NCBI GenBank assembly: GCA_013374835.1
Contig: CP055307.1
Location: forward strand, 608,963 to 658,767
Reading direction: 5' to 3'
DNA length: 49,805 nucleotides
Source of the DNA: Candidatus Woesebacteria bacterium
GTDB lineage: Bacteria; Patescibacteriota; Microgenomatia; UBA8517
This document shows, in pieces, positions 35,246 through 43,393 of the stretch; positions within the stretch are counted from its first letter, which is position 1, and every line of letters starts with the position of its first letter. Position numbers and translations under genes: made by a program. The notes below the pieces were generated by a model. That model searched no databases and was not told the origin of the DNA. It worked only from the letters and a program-made list of their open reading frames with translations.

Positions 35246-36244
35246 ATGGATGTGTTAATGTTTTCACGACGTTTTTTTCCACAAAAGGGTGGGGTGGAGA
35301 AATATGTTTTGAATATTTCGAAAGAGTTTATAAAAGACGGCTATAGCGTATCTGTAATAACTGAAAAAGCGAAATTAAGAGACAAGTCCAATGAAAAAAT
35401 ATTTGGCATAAATATTGTGCGACTAAACTATCCTAAAATTAAGTATTTAGGACTTTTTGTTTTGTGGTTTAAAATTTTAAAAAATATTCGTTTAATCAAG
35501 AAAGCTGATGTTATTTTAATTCATGATATTTTTATCTTTTTTTTGCCGTTTAGATTTTTATTCTTTAAAAAAAAAGTTATTACTACGTTTCACGGCTGGG
35601 AGGGAGTTTTTCCCATACCTATAAAAAACATAGTTCATAAGAAGCTTGCTTATTTTTTATCAAACAAAACTATTGCTGTCGGTGATTATATAGGTAAGTG
35701 GTATCGAATAAAGCCAGACTACGTTGTTTACGGAGGATGTGAAAAACACAAAAGTACACAGAAAGATATGAGGCAGATAGTGTATGTAGGAAGGCTTTCG
35801 CCAGACACTGGGTTAAAATTATTTTTAAAGTTATATAGAAAACTAACCGGATTTAAGATAGATTTTTGCGGGGATGGTGAAATGAGAATTGAATGTGAAA
35901 AATACGGCGTTGTTCACGGCTTTTGTGATCCTGATCGATTTTATCGCCGCGCCGGGATATGTTTTGCCGGTGGTTATTTATCGGTTTTGGAATCTTTATC
36001 ATATGGATGTTGCCCTATTGTTTTTTATGATAACAAGTTAAAAAAAGATTATTATGCCTTATCGCCTTTTAAAGATTTTATTATAAGTGGCGAGAGCGTT
36101 GACGCAGTTCAAGAAAAACTTTTTGAGCTTTTAAGCAACAAAAAAAGGCTTTCAAGTTTTGTAAGGCGCGGGAGAGCTTTTTCCAAAAAGTATAGCTGGA
36201 GACGTGTTTACAAAGTATTGATTAAGGCCTATACAATGGTATAA
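35246..36244 (+). CDS. GT4 glycosyltransferase (divergent)
   Basis: GGVEKYV, TTFHGWEG, YVGRL, 'YLSVLESLSYG'. Confidence 0.8.
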   Translation: MDVLMFSRRFFPQKGGVEKYVLNISKEFIKDGYSVSVITEKAKLRDKSNEKIFGINIVRLNYPKIKYLGLFVLWFKILKNIRLIKKADVILIHDIFIFFLPFRFLFFKKKVITTFHGWEGVFPIPIKNIVHKKLAYFLSNKTIAVGDYIGKWYRIKPDYVVYGGCEKHKSTQKDMRQIVYVGRLSPDTGLKLFLKLYRKLTGFKIDFCGDGEMRIECEKYGVVHGFCDPDRFYRRAGICFAGGYLSVLESLSYGCCPIVFYDNKLKKDYYALSPFKDFIISGESVDAVQEKLFELLSNKKRLSSFVRRGRAFSKKYSWRRVYKVLIKAYTMV

Positions 36245-36245
36245 T
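36237..36245 (+). promoter_or_regulatory. Extended -10 before the GT2 gene
   Basis: TGgTATAAT overlapping the upstream stop codon. Confidence 0.55.
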
Positions 36246-36267
36246 GATCTAATTTAGAGATACTGAT

Positions 36268-37218
36268 GTGAATGTATCGGTTATAGCAACTGTACTTAAT
36301 GAAGAGCACACGATTGCTGATTTGCTTGATTCACTTCTTTCTCAAACAAAAAAACCCACTGAAATAATAATTGTGGACGGAGGATCCAAAGATCGAACTA
36401 CCGAAATAGTTAAGGAATATAAAAAACAAAATCCTATTATTAAGCTTTACGAAAAGCGCGGTTCAATTTCTTATTGCAGAAATTTTGCCGTAAGAAAGAC
36501 AAAAAACCGTGTTATTGCCCAAATAGATGCCGGGTGTGTTGCCGATAAGGAATGGTTAAAAAAAATTACCAAGCCTTTTAAAAATCTAGAAGTTGGGCTT
36601 GTTGCTGGATTTTATGAAATGACGGGTAAGACAAAGTTTCAACAAGCCATAGCCCCTTATCATGGAGTTACTAAAAGAAGATATGATCCAAGAACCTTTA
36701 TGCCTTCGGGAAGGTCTATGGCATATCTTAAAAGCACTTGGGAAAAAGTAGGTGGATATAGTTATAATGTTGAACGTGCAGGGGAGGATACTTTGTTTAA
36801 TTATCAGGTATTAAAGCTTGGAATTAAAATCGTTCGTGTTCCTGATGCTATTGTTTATTGGGAACTTCCGCGAACCTTTTTTGAGTCTTTTAAAAAGCTT
36901 TATCGATATGCGAAGGGTGATGGGCAGGCTTTGATATGGTGGCATCCTGCACAAAGACTTTCTACACACAACATAAAAATAATAAGCATTTTTATTAGAT
37001 ACATTTTTTTTGTCGGATTGGCTTTTTTTTCGCTTTTAACTCCTTTGGCAATTTGTTTGTTATATTTTTTAATAGTTTTCTATGCTTTTTGGACTATTTA
37101 TAAACACCAGGAAGACGTTCGTAGTTTTGAGTCAAAGCTTTGGCTCCCGTTTATCCAAATAAGCAGTGATTTTGCCGTAATGGCAGGCTTTGCTTCAGGT
37201 GTTTTTTCAAGAAAATAA
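36268..37218 (+). CDS. GT2 glycosyltransferase
   Basis: VSVIATVLNEE, VDGGSKDRT, RNFAV, IDAGC, GEDTLF; GTG start. Confidence 0.9.
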   Translation: MNVSVIATVLNEEHTIADLLDSLLSQTKKPTEIIIVDGGSKDRTTEIVKEYKKQNPIIKLYEKRGSISYCRNFAVRKTKNRVIAQIDAGCVADKEWLKKITKPFKNLEVGLVAGFYEMTGKTKFQQAIAPYHGVTKRRYDPRTFMPSGRSMAYLKSTWEKVGGYSYNVERAGEDTLFNYQVLKLGIKIVRVPDAIVYWELPRTFFESFKKLYRYAKGDGQALIWWHPAQRLSTHNIKIISIFIRYIFFVGLAFFSLLTPLAICLLYFLIVFYAFWTIYKHQEDVRSFESKLWLPFIQISSDFAVMAGFASGVFSRK

Positions 37219-37226
37219 TTTTTAGC

Positions 37227-37235
37227 TGATATAAT
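37227..37235 (+). promoter_or_regulatory. Extended -10 6 nt before GTG; leaderless promoter
   Basis: TGaTATAAT-TATCTT-GTG. Confidence 0.68.
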
Positions 37236-37241
37236 TATCTT

Positions 37242-38465
37242 GTGGGGTATACTAAAGAAGCAGTTAGCGGCGTTTTTTGGGTTTCAGGACTTCGCGGTTC
37301 AACACGCATCGTTTCCTTTATAAAAACACTAATTCTTGCCAGAATTTTGACTCCGTTTGAATTTGGTGTTTTTGGAGTGGCCTTTTTGGTACTTTCATTT
37401 TTAGAAGTGATAACCGAAACCGGAATAAACGTGTTTTTACTACAAAAAGATGAGGAGGAGTCTTACAGTTATGTTAATACATCTTGGGTCGTATCTATTG
37501 TTAGAGGAATACTTATATCCTTGGTTTTGCTGTTATTATCGTGGCCACTTGTTATGTTTTTTAGAGTATCGGAAGCATATGGAGTTTTACTTCTAACCGC
37601 GTTAATCCCCTTTTTGAGAGGTTTTATAAATCCATCTATAATTTACTTCCAAAAACGACTTAATTTTGCAAAGGACTTTTGGTTTAGATTTATTATTTTT
37701 TGTTCAGATGCTTTGGCGTCCATTCTTTTTGCCTATATTTATAAAAGTGCTTACGGAGTGATCCTAGGCGTTATTTTTGGAGTATTGGTTGAAATACTTC
37801 TATCTTTTGTTTTGGCTTATCCAAGGCCGAGACTTAGATTTGAAAAAAATCTTTTGTTTGAGGTGGTTAATAGAGGAAAATGGATCACTAGCGCCGGAAT
37901 TTTCCAGTATTTTTTTAGAGAAGTAGATGATATGGTTGTTGCAAGGCTTCTTGGTGCATCCCAGCTTGGTGTATATCAAGTCTCATATAAAATTGCCACC
38001 CTGCCCATAAGTGAAATAGGTGAAGTTTTTGGTAAAGTAACTTTGCCGGTTTTTAGTAGGATTTCTAAAGATAAAAAAAGGCTTTTATCAGCATATAAAA
38101 GAGTAAGTGTGGTAGTTTTTTTGTTTTCATTGGCAATGGGATCTTTCTTAATTATTTTTGCGCCTTTCATTGTTAAAGTGCTTCTTGGTGAAAAGTGGTT
38201 TGACGCTATTAGTGTTATTAGAATAATTTGTCTTTATGCTGTTATTAGAACAATGATTCATCCTTCATTTACATTGTTTTTTGCTCTTGAAAAACAAGAA
38301 TATGTAACATATGTAACTTTAGGAGGGATTATCGGCCTTGGGGTGACTGTGGTGCCGCTTGTTGTTAAATACGGATTAATCGGAGCCGGATTTTCCACTA
38401 TCTTTGGCGTGATTTTTATGTTACCTATTTGTTTGTATTATGTATTTAAGGTTCTTAGGGAGTGA
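37242..38465 (+). CDS. wzx: Polysaccharide flippase (Wzx/WzxC, MOP superfamily)
   Basis: LARILTPFEFGVFG, ETGI, D.MVVARLLGASQLGVYQ.SYK.A.LP, GEKWFDA; about 12 TMs. Confidence 0.88.
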   Translation: MGYTKEAVSGVFWVSGLRGSTRIVSFIKTLILARILTPFEFGVFGVAFLVLSFLEVITETGINVFLLQKDEEESYSYVNTSWVVSIVRGILISLVLLLLSWPLVMFFRVSEAYGVLLLTALIPFLRGFINPSIIYFQKRLNFAKDFWFRFIIFCSDALASILFAYIYKSAYGVILGVIFGVLVEILLSFVLAYPRPRLRFEKNLLFEVVNRGKWITSAGIFQYFFREVDDMVVARLLGASQLGVYQVSYKIATLPISEIGEVFGKVTLPVFSRISKDKKRLLSAYKRVSVVVFLFSLAMGSFLIIFAPFIVKVLLGEKWFDAISVIRIICLYAVIRTMIHPSFTLFFALEKQEYVTYVTLGGIIGLGVTVVPLVVKYGLIGAGFSTIFGVIFMLPICLYYVFKVLRE

Positions 38466-39196
38466 TTAGCGGAGTTATTTTAACCAAAAACAGTCAAGAA
38501 AAAATTCGTATGGCAATAGAAAGCATGCGTTTTTGTAGGGAAATAATAGTTGTTGATGATTTCTCGAAAGATAAGACAGTAAAAATTGCAAGAAAGCTTG
38601 GTGCGAGAGTTTACAAAAGGTCTTTGAAAAACGATTTTTCAAGTCAAAGGAATTTTGCATTATCTAAGGCAAAATTCAGCTGGGTTTTTTTTATGGATAG
38701 TGACGAATGTGTCGGTGAAAAGCTTGGGAGGGAAATAGTTGAAAGAGTAGGACAAGAAAAAATGAGCGGATATTTTGTTTATAGAAAAAATTATTGGCAT
38801 GGCAAAGAGGTTAAGTACGGAGAATTCGGCAGAACAAAGCTTCTTAGATTTGCCAAAAGAAATGCTGGTAGATGGAAGCGGAGAGTACATGAGTATTGGG
38901 AAGTTAATGGAGAGTGTGGGGAACTTTCTAACCCACTTAATCATTATTTGCACAAAAACGTATCTGAAATTGTTGACGTATTAAATTTTCAGTCAGGAAT
39001 ACATTCTCGGGAAAACATCCGTGAAAAAAAGCAATTCTTTTTTATTAAAGCAATTTGTTTCCCCCCGTTGAAATTTATAAGAAACTATTTCTTTTGGGGT
39101 GGGTGGAGAGATGGCATTCATGGATTTATTTTGGCAATTCTTATGAGTTTTCATTCGTTTTTGGCGTGGGGTGAGTCATGGAGATTGCGAAGGTAA
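38462..39196 (+). CDS. GT2 glycosyltransferase (WaaE/KdtX-like)
   Basis: VVDDFSKDKTV, FSSQRNFAL, WVFFMDSDE, VHE, HGFILA. Confidence 0.88.
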   Translation: MISGVILTKNSQEKIRMAIESMRFCREIIVVDDFSKDKTVKIARKLGARVYKRSLKNDFSSQRNFALSKAKFSWVFFMDSDECVGEKLGREIVERVGQEKMSGYFVYRKNYWHGKEVKYGEFGRTKLLRFAKRNAGRWKRRVHEYWEVNGECGELSNPLNHYLHKNVSEIVDVLNFQSGIHSRENIREKKQFFFIKAICFPPLKFIRNYFFWGGWRDGIHGFILAILMSFHSFLAWGESWRLRR

Positions 39197-40359
39197 ATAT
39201 TTTTAAAATTCTTGTGGTTTTTTATCTAGTTTTGCTTCCTTTTGGACAGATACCAGGATTTTTGACTTCTTATTATTTTGATCTTTTTTTTAAGCTTCAT
39301 TTTTATGACGCTATTGTTTTAATGTTTTCGATTTTATTCGCGTTAAAGCAAAGGGTCAATTTGACAATTTTCTTTAAAAGAAATATGTTTTTGACAATTT
39401 TTATTATTATTAGCTTGTTAACATATTTACATTCGTTTTTTATTTTTGATAGTCATGACTTAGTAAGGGGGTTTTTGTATCTTTTAAGATTTATGGCTTA
39501 TATTTTGTTTTATATTGGTGTGTTTTATGAGTTTAGACGAAAGCGGGAAAAAAGATTTCTACTCGGTGGAGTTACATTAGCCGTATTTTTTACTGCTGTA
39601 TTTGGATGGGTTCAATATTTTATTTTGCCCGATCTTAGAAGTTTGAAATATTTTGGTTGGGATGATCACTATTACAGGCTTGTATCAAGCTTTTTGGATC
39701 CAGGGTATGCGGGTATGTTTTTTTTGACGGGTTATATTATTGTCAATCAGTTTGACTTATTCAGGCGCAGTATTAATTTTTTCCTAAATTTATTCTTTAC
39801 TATTAGCATAGCTTTTACTTATTCCAGAGCAAGCTATTTAGCCTTTGTTTTTTCGACTTTATTTTTTTATTTGTTTAGCAGGAAAAAACATTGGTTAATA
39901 GGAATTTTGGTGTTTCTTTTGAGCATAGCAACGCTTCCTGTTGGCTTTGGAGGCGAGGGCGTTAATCTTCATCGAACCAATTCGATTAATCAGAGATGGG
40001 AGAATTATAAGGATGCTATTTATGTTATTAAAAAGCATCCGCTTTTCGGTGTGGGATTTAATAATGTTTGTAGTGCGAGAGTGCTTTATTTTAATGATAC
40101 GAATAAATACAGCAATTCATGTAATGGATTTGATAATAGTCTTTTATTTTTATTGTCCGCGGGTGGAGTAGCATTATTTATCGGTTATATAGGCTTTATT
40201 TATGAAGCTTTAATCAAAACCACTAAAAACCAAAGGAAATTTCTTGCGGGATTTTTTCTTGCATTTTTAATCCACAGCTTAAGCGCAAATAGTATTTTTT
40301 ATGCTCCGTTTATGGGTGTTTTTGCTATTATTGGCGGAATTTTTAGGGAGAATAGGTGA
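39178..40359 (+). CDS. O-antigen ligase/polymerase (WaaL/Wzy_C) family membrane protein
   Basis: Many TMs; R..SSFLDPG..G, TYSRASYL, SINQRWENY, HPLFGVGFNN, DNSLL. Confidence 0.78.
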   Translation: MEIAKVNIFKILVVFYLVLLPFGQIPGFLTSYYFDLFFKLHFYDAIVLMFSILFALKQRVNLTIFFKRNMFLTIFIIISLLTYLHSFFIFDSHDLVRGFLYLLRFMAYILFYIGVFYEFRRKREKRFLLGGVTLAVFFTAVFGWVQYFILPDLRSLKYFGWDDHYYRLVSSFLDPGYAGMFFLTGYIIVNQFDLFRRSINFFLNLFFTISIAFTYSRASYLAFVFSTLFFYLFSRKKHWLIGILVFLLSIATLPVGFGGEGVNLHRTNSINQRWENYKDAIYVIKKHPLFGVGFNNVCSARVLYFNDTNKYSNSCNGFDNSLLFLLSAGGVALFIGYIGFIYEALIKTTKNQRKFLAGFFLAFLIHSLSANSIFYAPFMGVFAIIGGIFRENR

Positions 40360-41062
40360 CTTTAAGAACAAGCTCTTTTTTGTTACCTGCTTTATCTTTG
40401 GCCACAAGCTTAAGTGTATTTTCACCCTCCTCTAGGGTAATTTGGTGGGAAAAGGTTTTGTCACTTGAAACAATTGCCACTTTTTCGTTTATTGAAAGCT
40501 CTGCGTCTTCACTAAGTGAGCCTTTTATGTTGATTCTTTTTTGGTCGTTACCGGAAAATATTTTTCCATCTTCTGGTTCGGATATGCTAATTTCTGGAGG
40601 AATTTTGTCGTAAATTATTTTTATTTTTTCGGTGGGGGCGCTTTTGTTCCCGTTTGAATCGGTTGCTATGAGGTAAATGGTGTTTTCTTCTTGAGCAAGA
40701 TTAAGATCGAAATGAAACCTGCCTTCGTTTGAGGCAATTACTTCTTTTTCATTGCCGTTTATGTCTAGGGTGATTGTGCTTGCCGGTTCTGCCGTGCCTG
40801 AAATATTAATTCTGGAGTTATTTGTATATTCAGAGAAACCGTCTATTCTTGGCGGGGCTGGTGGCGTTGTGTCAAATATTTCGACAGGATTTTCAGAGCT
40901 ACTTAGGTTAAAAAGAAAACCTGCAAATTTTGATAAAAAAGGAATTCCAAAAAAAATCATGGTAACAATAAGAATCATTGTAAGCATTGAATACAAAAAG
41001 GCAACTCTTTTGGCTTTTTTTTGTTCTATTTTTTCGAGTCTTGAATATCTTGGTTTATTCAT
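40343..41062 (-). CDS. Membrane-anchored protein with two Ig-like beta-sandwich domains
   Basis: TM then DTTPPAPP...ISGTAEP...GRF.F...L..EENTI...ATD..GNKS, repeated as DKIPPEI...L.EGENTL...AKDKAGN. The longer ORF start (41128) lies inside the tRNA. Confidence 0.8.
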   Translation of the reverse strand: MNKPRYSRLEKIEQKKAKRVAFLYSMLTMILIVTMIFFGIPFLSKFAGFLFNLSSSENPVEIFDTTPPAPPRIDGFSEYTNNSRINISGTAEPASTITLDINGNEKEVIASNEGRFHFDLNLAQEENTIYLIATDSNGNKSAPTEKIKIIYDKIPPEISISEPEDGKIFSGNDQKRINIKGSLSEDAELSINEKVAIVSSDKTFSHQITLEEGENTLKLVAKDKAGNKKELVLKVTYSP

Positions 41063-41070
41063 CTTATTTG

Positions 41071-41142
41071 AGCCGATGAGAGGAGTCGAACCCCCAACCT
41101 CTCCCTTACGAAGGGATTGCTCTGCCATTGAGCTACATCGGC
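41071..41142 (-). tRNA. tRNA-Thr(CGT), CCA not encoded
   Basis: Minus strand GCCGATG/CATCGGC acceptor, anticodon loop TTCGTAA, T-loop TTCGACT. Confidence 0.95.
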
Positions 41143-41159
41143 AAGTTTCCTTTTAGAAG

Positions 41160-41183
41160 ATTATATCATTTTGTGTGTATAAT
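41160..41183. promoter_or_regulatory. Back-to-back divergent -10 elements
   Basis: Minus TGaTATAAT 41168-41160 (tRNA-Thr); plus TATAAT 41178-41183, 6 nt before GTG 41190. Confidence 0.6.
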
Positions 41184-41189
41184 TAGCTT

Positions 41190-41432
41190 GTGAAGCAGGA
41201 GATAACAAACGTCTTGATTGGATTTTTGGCGGCTTTTTTTTTGGCTTTTTTATTTTGGTTTGTGTTTGTTAAGCCCTGTGATGTTTATACGAAGATTGCC
41301 TCAGATGAAAAGCGGTGCAGGTGTTTCGGTAAAAAAATTGATTTTGAGCAATATTTTGGCAATTTTTATGATTATAATAAAGAGCGTGTGAATAAAAATT
41401 TTTGCGTTGGGATTGTTTTGGAGAGGCACTAG
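41190..41432 (+). CDS. Small membrane-anchored Cys-containing hypothetical protein
   Basis: 80 aa, one TM, four Cys (C..CRCFG..CVG); perfectly placed leaderless -10. Confidence 0.6.
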   Translation: MKQEITNVLIGFLAAFFLAFLFWFVFVKPCDVYTKIASDEKRCRCFGKKIDFEQYFGNFYDYNKERVNKNFCVGIVLERH

Positions 41433-41513
41433 TTAATAACGTACTCTGAAAGTGGATTTGTTTTGGATTTATGGATATTTTTTAATTTGCATTGAATACC
41501 ACATTTTTATAAG

Positions 41514-41584
41514 AGCGGGATAGGGGAATCGAACCCCTCTTTCCACCTTGGGAAGGTGGCGTTAGGCCGCTTAACTAATCCCGC
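41514..41584 (-). tRNA. tRNA-Gly(CCC), CCA not encoded
   Basis: GCGGGAT/ATCCCGC acceptor, CCACC/GGTGG anticodon stem, loop TTCCCAA, T-loop TTCGATT. Confidence 0.95.
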
Positions 41585-41593
41585 GATACGCAC

Positions 41594-41645
41594 AGTAAGT
41601 GCGTGGTATCTGCTAGAGATTAGCTTAGCATTGCACGCACTTACT
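41594..41645. repeat. Perfect 12-bp inverted repeat between the LysM stop codon and tRNA-Gly
   Basis: AGTAAGTGCGTG 41594-41605 / CACGCACTTACT 41634-41645. Confidence 0.85.
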
Positions 41646-42273
41646 TTTCAACGGCTGGTATTTCAAAATTGTTGCCTGGGTGTATAAGATTTGGATTCGC
41701 GAGATTGTTTGCCCTGGCAATATCAACCCATTTGTAGCCTGTTCCGTAAGCTCTTATTGAAATATCCCAAAGAGTATCTCCCTTTTGGACGACATATGTA
41801 CCTCCGGGGATAATCTTGTCTACAGTAACCTCTTCAGAAGGTTCCACTTTAGGTTCGGGGGTTGCTGTAGTAAAAGGCGTTAAACTAGGTGAGGGAGTAG
41901 TCGTCGATTCAGGCGTAGCCTCTTTTGACTCAGTCGGTTTTACGTCGGGAATAATTAGCTCTTGGCCTTCTTCTATTTCATCCGCACTTCCCAAGTTATT
42001 TGCGTTTGCGATATCTTGCCAATTATATCCTGTAGAGTAGTATTTTTCAGAGATATCCCAAAGAGTTTCTCCTGCTTCAACTATGTGAGTTGTAGGAAGT
42101 GTGTCTTCCTGGTCTTCAGAAGTTATACCAACTGGGATTGTTTCACCTATATTATCATCTCTAAAGTAATTTATTACCAACATTCCTACTACAATTATTA
42201 CAAGAGCTCCAAGAACCATGCTTATGGTTGACTCATTTAACTTTAAGTTTTTGAGTATCGATTTGATATTTAT
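41641..42273 (-). CDS. Membrane-anchored tandem LysM protein; start either ATG 42219 or non-canonical ATA 42273
   Basis: Two LysM repeats (HIVEAGETLWDISEKYY..GYNW..IA.AN; YVVQKGDTLWDIS...YG.GYKW.DIA.AN), P/T-rich linker, TM. Confidence 0.88.
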   Translation of the reverse strand: MNIKSILKNLKLNESTISMVLGALVIIVVGMLVINYFRDDNIGETIPVGITSEDQEDTLPTTHIVEAGETLWDISEKYYSTGYNWQDIANANNLGSADEIEEGQELIIPDVKPTESKEATPESTTTPSPSLTPFTTATPEPKVEPSEEVTVDKIIPGGTYVVQKGDTLWDISIRAYGTGYKWVDIARANNLANPNLIHPGNNFEIPAVEK

Positions 42274-42806
42274 TTTTGTTCACCCCCTTATCATTAATTA
42301 TGGGACTATTATTTATTTTGTAAAGAATTTAAAACGAATTTTACATAAATGTCAAGCCCAATTTGGTTTGTATGAAGCTTATTTTTTAAAAGAAAAATCT
42401 TTTTTAAGATAATCCCAGTTCATTTGATAATTTTTGTTTATCGAAGCCTTATAGGGAACTCCCTTCTGGACTGTTTTTTGTACTATTTCTTTTACGTAAG
42501 TGTTTGTTGACATCTTTAATATAAGCTTTGAATTTAGAATTCCTATTTCTGTTCGTGCATTATTTGAATTAATAAACATACCACAGGGGACAAGTGTTGC
42601 ATATATTTTTTCGTTTTTTTATATGCTTATATCAGATATTCTTTATTTTTGTGAGAATATATTATTTTTGCCTTTTATTTTGGTTTGGATTAGATTTACT
42701 GTGAAAATCCGCATACTTTTTAATACTAATATATTAACATTTACTAATATATTGTCGGATATCTTTTTGATCAAATTAGTATTCGTGTAATATAATCGAT
42801 TAGATT

Positions 42807-43367
42807 ATGAAAAAGTTAGTTTTAGGGATTGTTATATTTTTAGTTATTTTGGGTGCAGGTGCCTTTTATTATTATGCTGGTAGCTTAAAAAGCAGAAACT
42901 CTGTCAGTATTATCGGCACTCCTGAACCTGTCGTTTGTACAATGGATGCCAAAGAATGTCCAGATGGATCTTTTGTGGGGCGAGTCCCTCCAAATTGTGA
43001 ATTTGCTCCTTGCCCCACCTTAAAGAGCCAGTCTAGCGAACCAACTCCAAAAGATGCGTGGAGGAAATACAATAATAGTGAATATGGTTTTTCTATTTAT
43101 TACCCTGAAACATATCAGGTATTAACAGATCCTGTAAATTTGTATGGTTGGCCGAATGCTTTAGTTATTTTTTATAAAGGCTGGCAGTCTTATAATTTGG
43201 TCGTCCAAGTTTGGGATAGTGAAACTGAATATAAAGCAACATATCCTGCTTCCTTGAATAATTATGTGGTAAAAAAAGTAGGGGATAAATATATTACTCT
43301 TTTAAACCAGAATTCTGATCCAGAGGTAGATGAAATTATTGCTACTTTTTGGTCACCGAATAAGTAG
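42807..43367 (+). CDS. Exported/anchored hypothetical with Cys-rich motif and PsbP-like C-terminal part
   Basis: Signal/TM, CTMDAKECPDGSFVGRVPPNCEFAPCP, then WRKYNNSEYGFSIYYP. Confidence 0.75.
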   Translation: MKKLVLGIVIFLVILGAGAFYYYAGSLKSRNSVSIIGTPEPVVCTMDAKECPDGSFVGRVPPNCEFAPCPTLKSQSSEPTPKDAWRKYNNSEYGFSIYYPETYQVLTDPVNLYGWPNALVIFYKGWQSYNLVVQVWDSETEYKATYPASLNNYVVKKVGDKYITLLNQNSDPEVDEIIATFWSPNK

Positions 43368-43393
43368 AAAGGTGGGTGTATGTTGTTGTATTT

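Noticed and set aside
5-35573. T8-T9/A9 homopolymers in glycan genes as phase-variation tracts
   Set aside because: Such runs are frequent throughout this AT-rich sequence, all frames are intact, and there are no long G/C tracts.
41063-41128. N-terminal extension MAEQSLRKGEVGGSTP of ORF 40343..41128
   Set aside because: It is a read-through translation of the tRNA-Thr sequence.
42280-42294. In-frame ATG ATA AGG GGG TGA upstream of LysM suggesting UGA recoding (code 4/25)
   Set aside because: TGA is the real stop of many clear genes here (e.g. 454, 6750, 32595 neighbours such as 29488), and the ATG is only 2 nt from the putative -10.
42379-42790. Replication origin in the AT-rich gap
   Set aside because: No convincing TTATCCACA-type DnaA box array, no dnaA nearby, and no visible skew switch.
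42500-42790. 96-aa plus-strand hydrophobic ORF
   Set aside because: F/I/L richness follows from T-rich DNA; no RBS or well-placed promoter.
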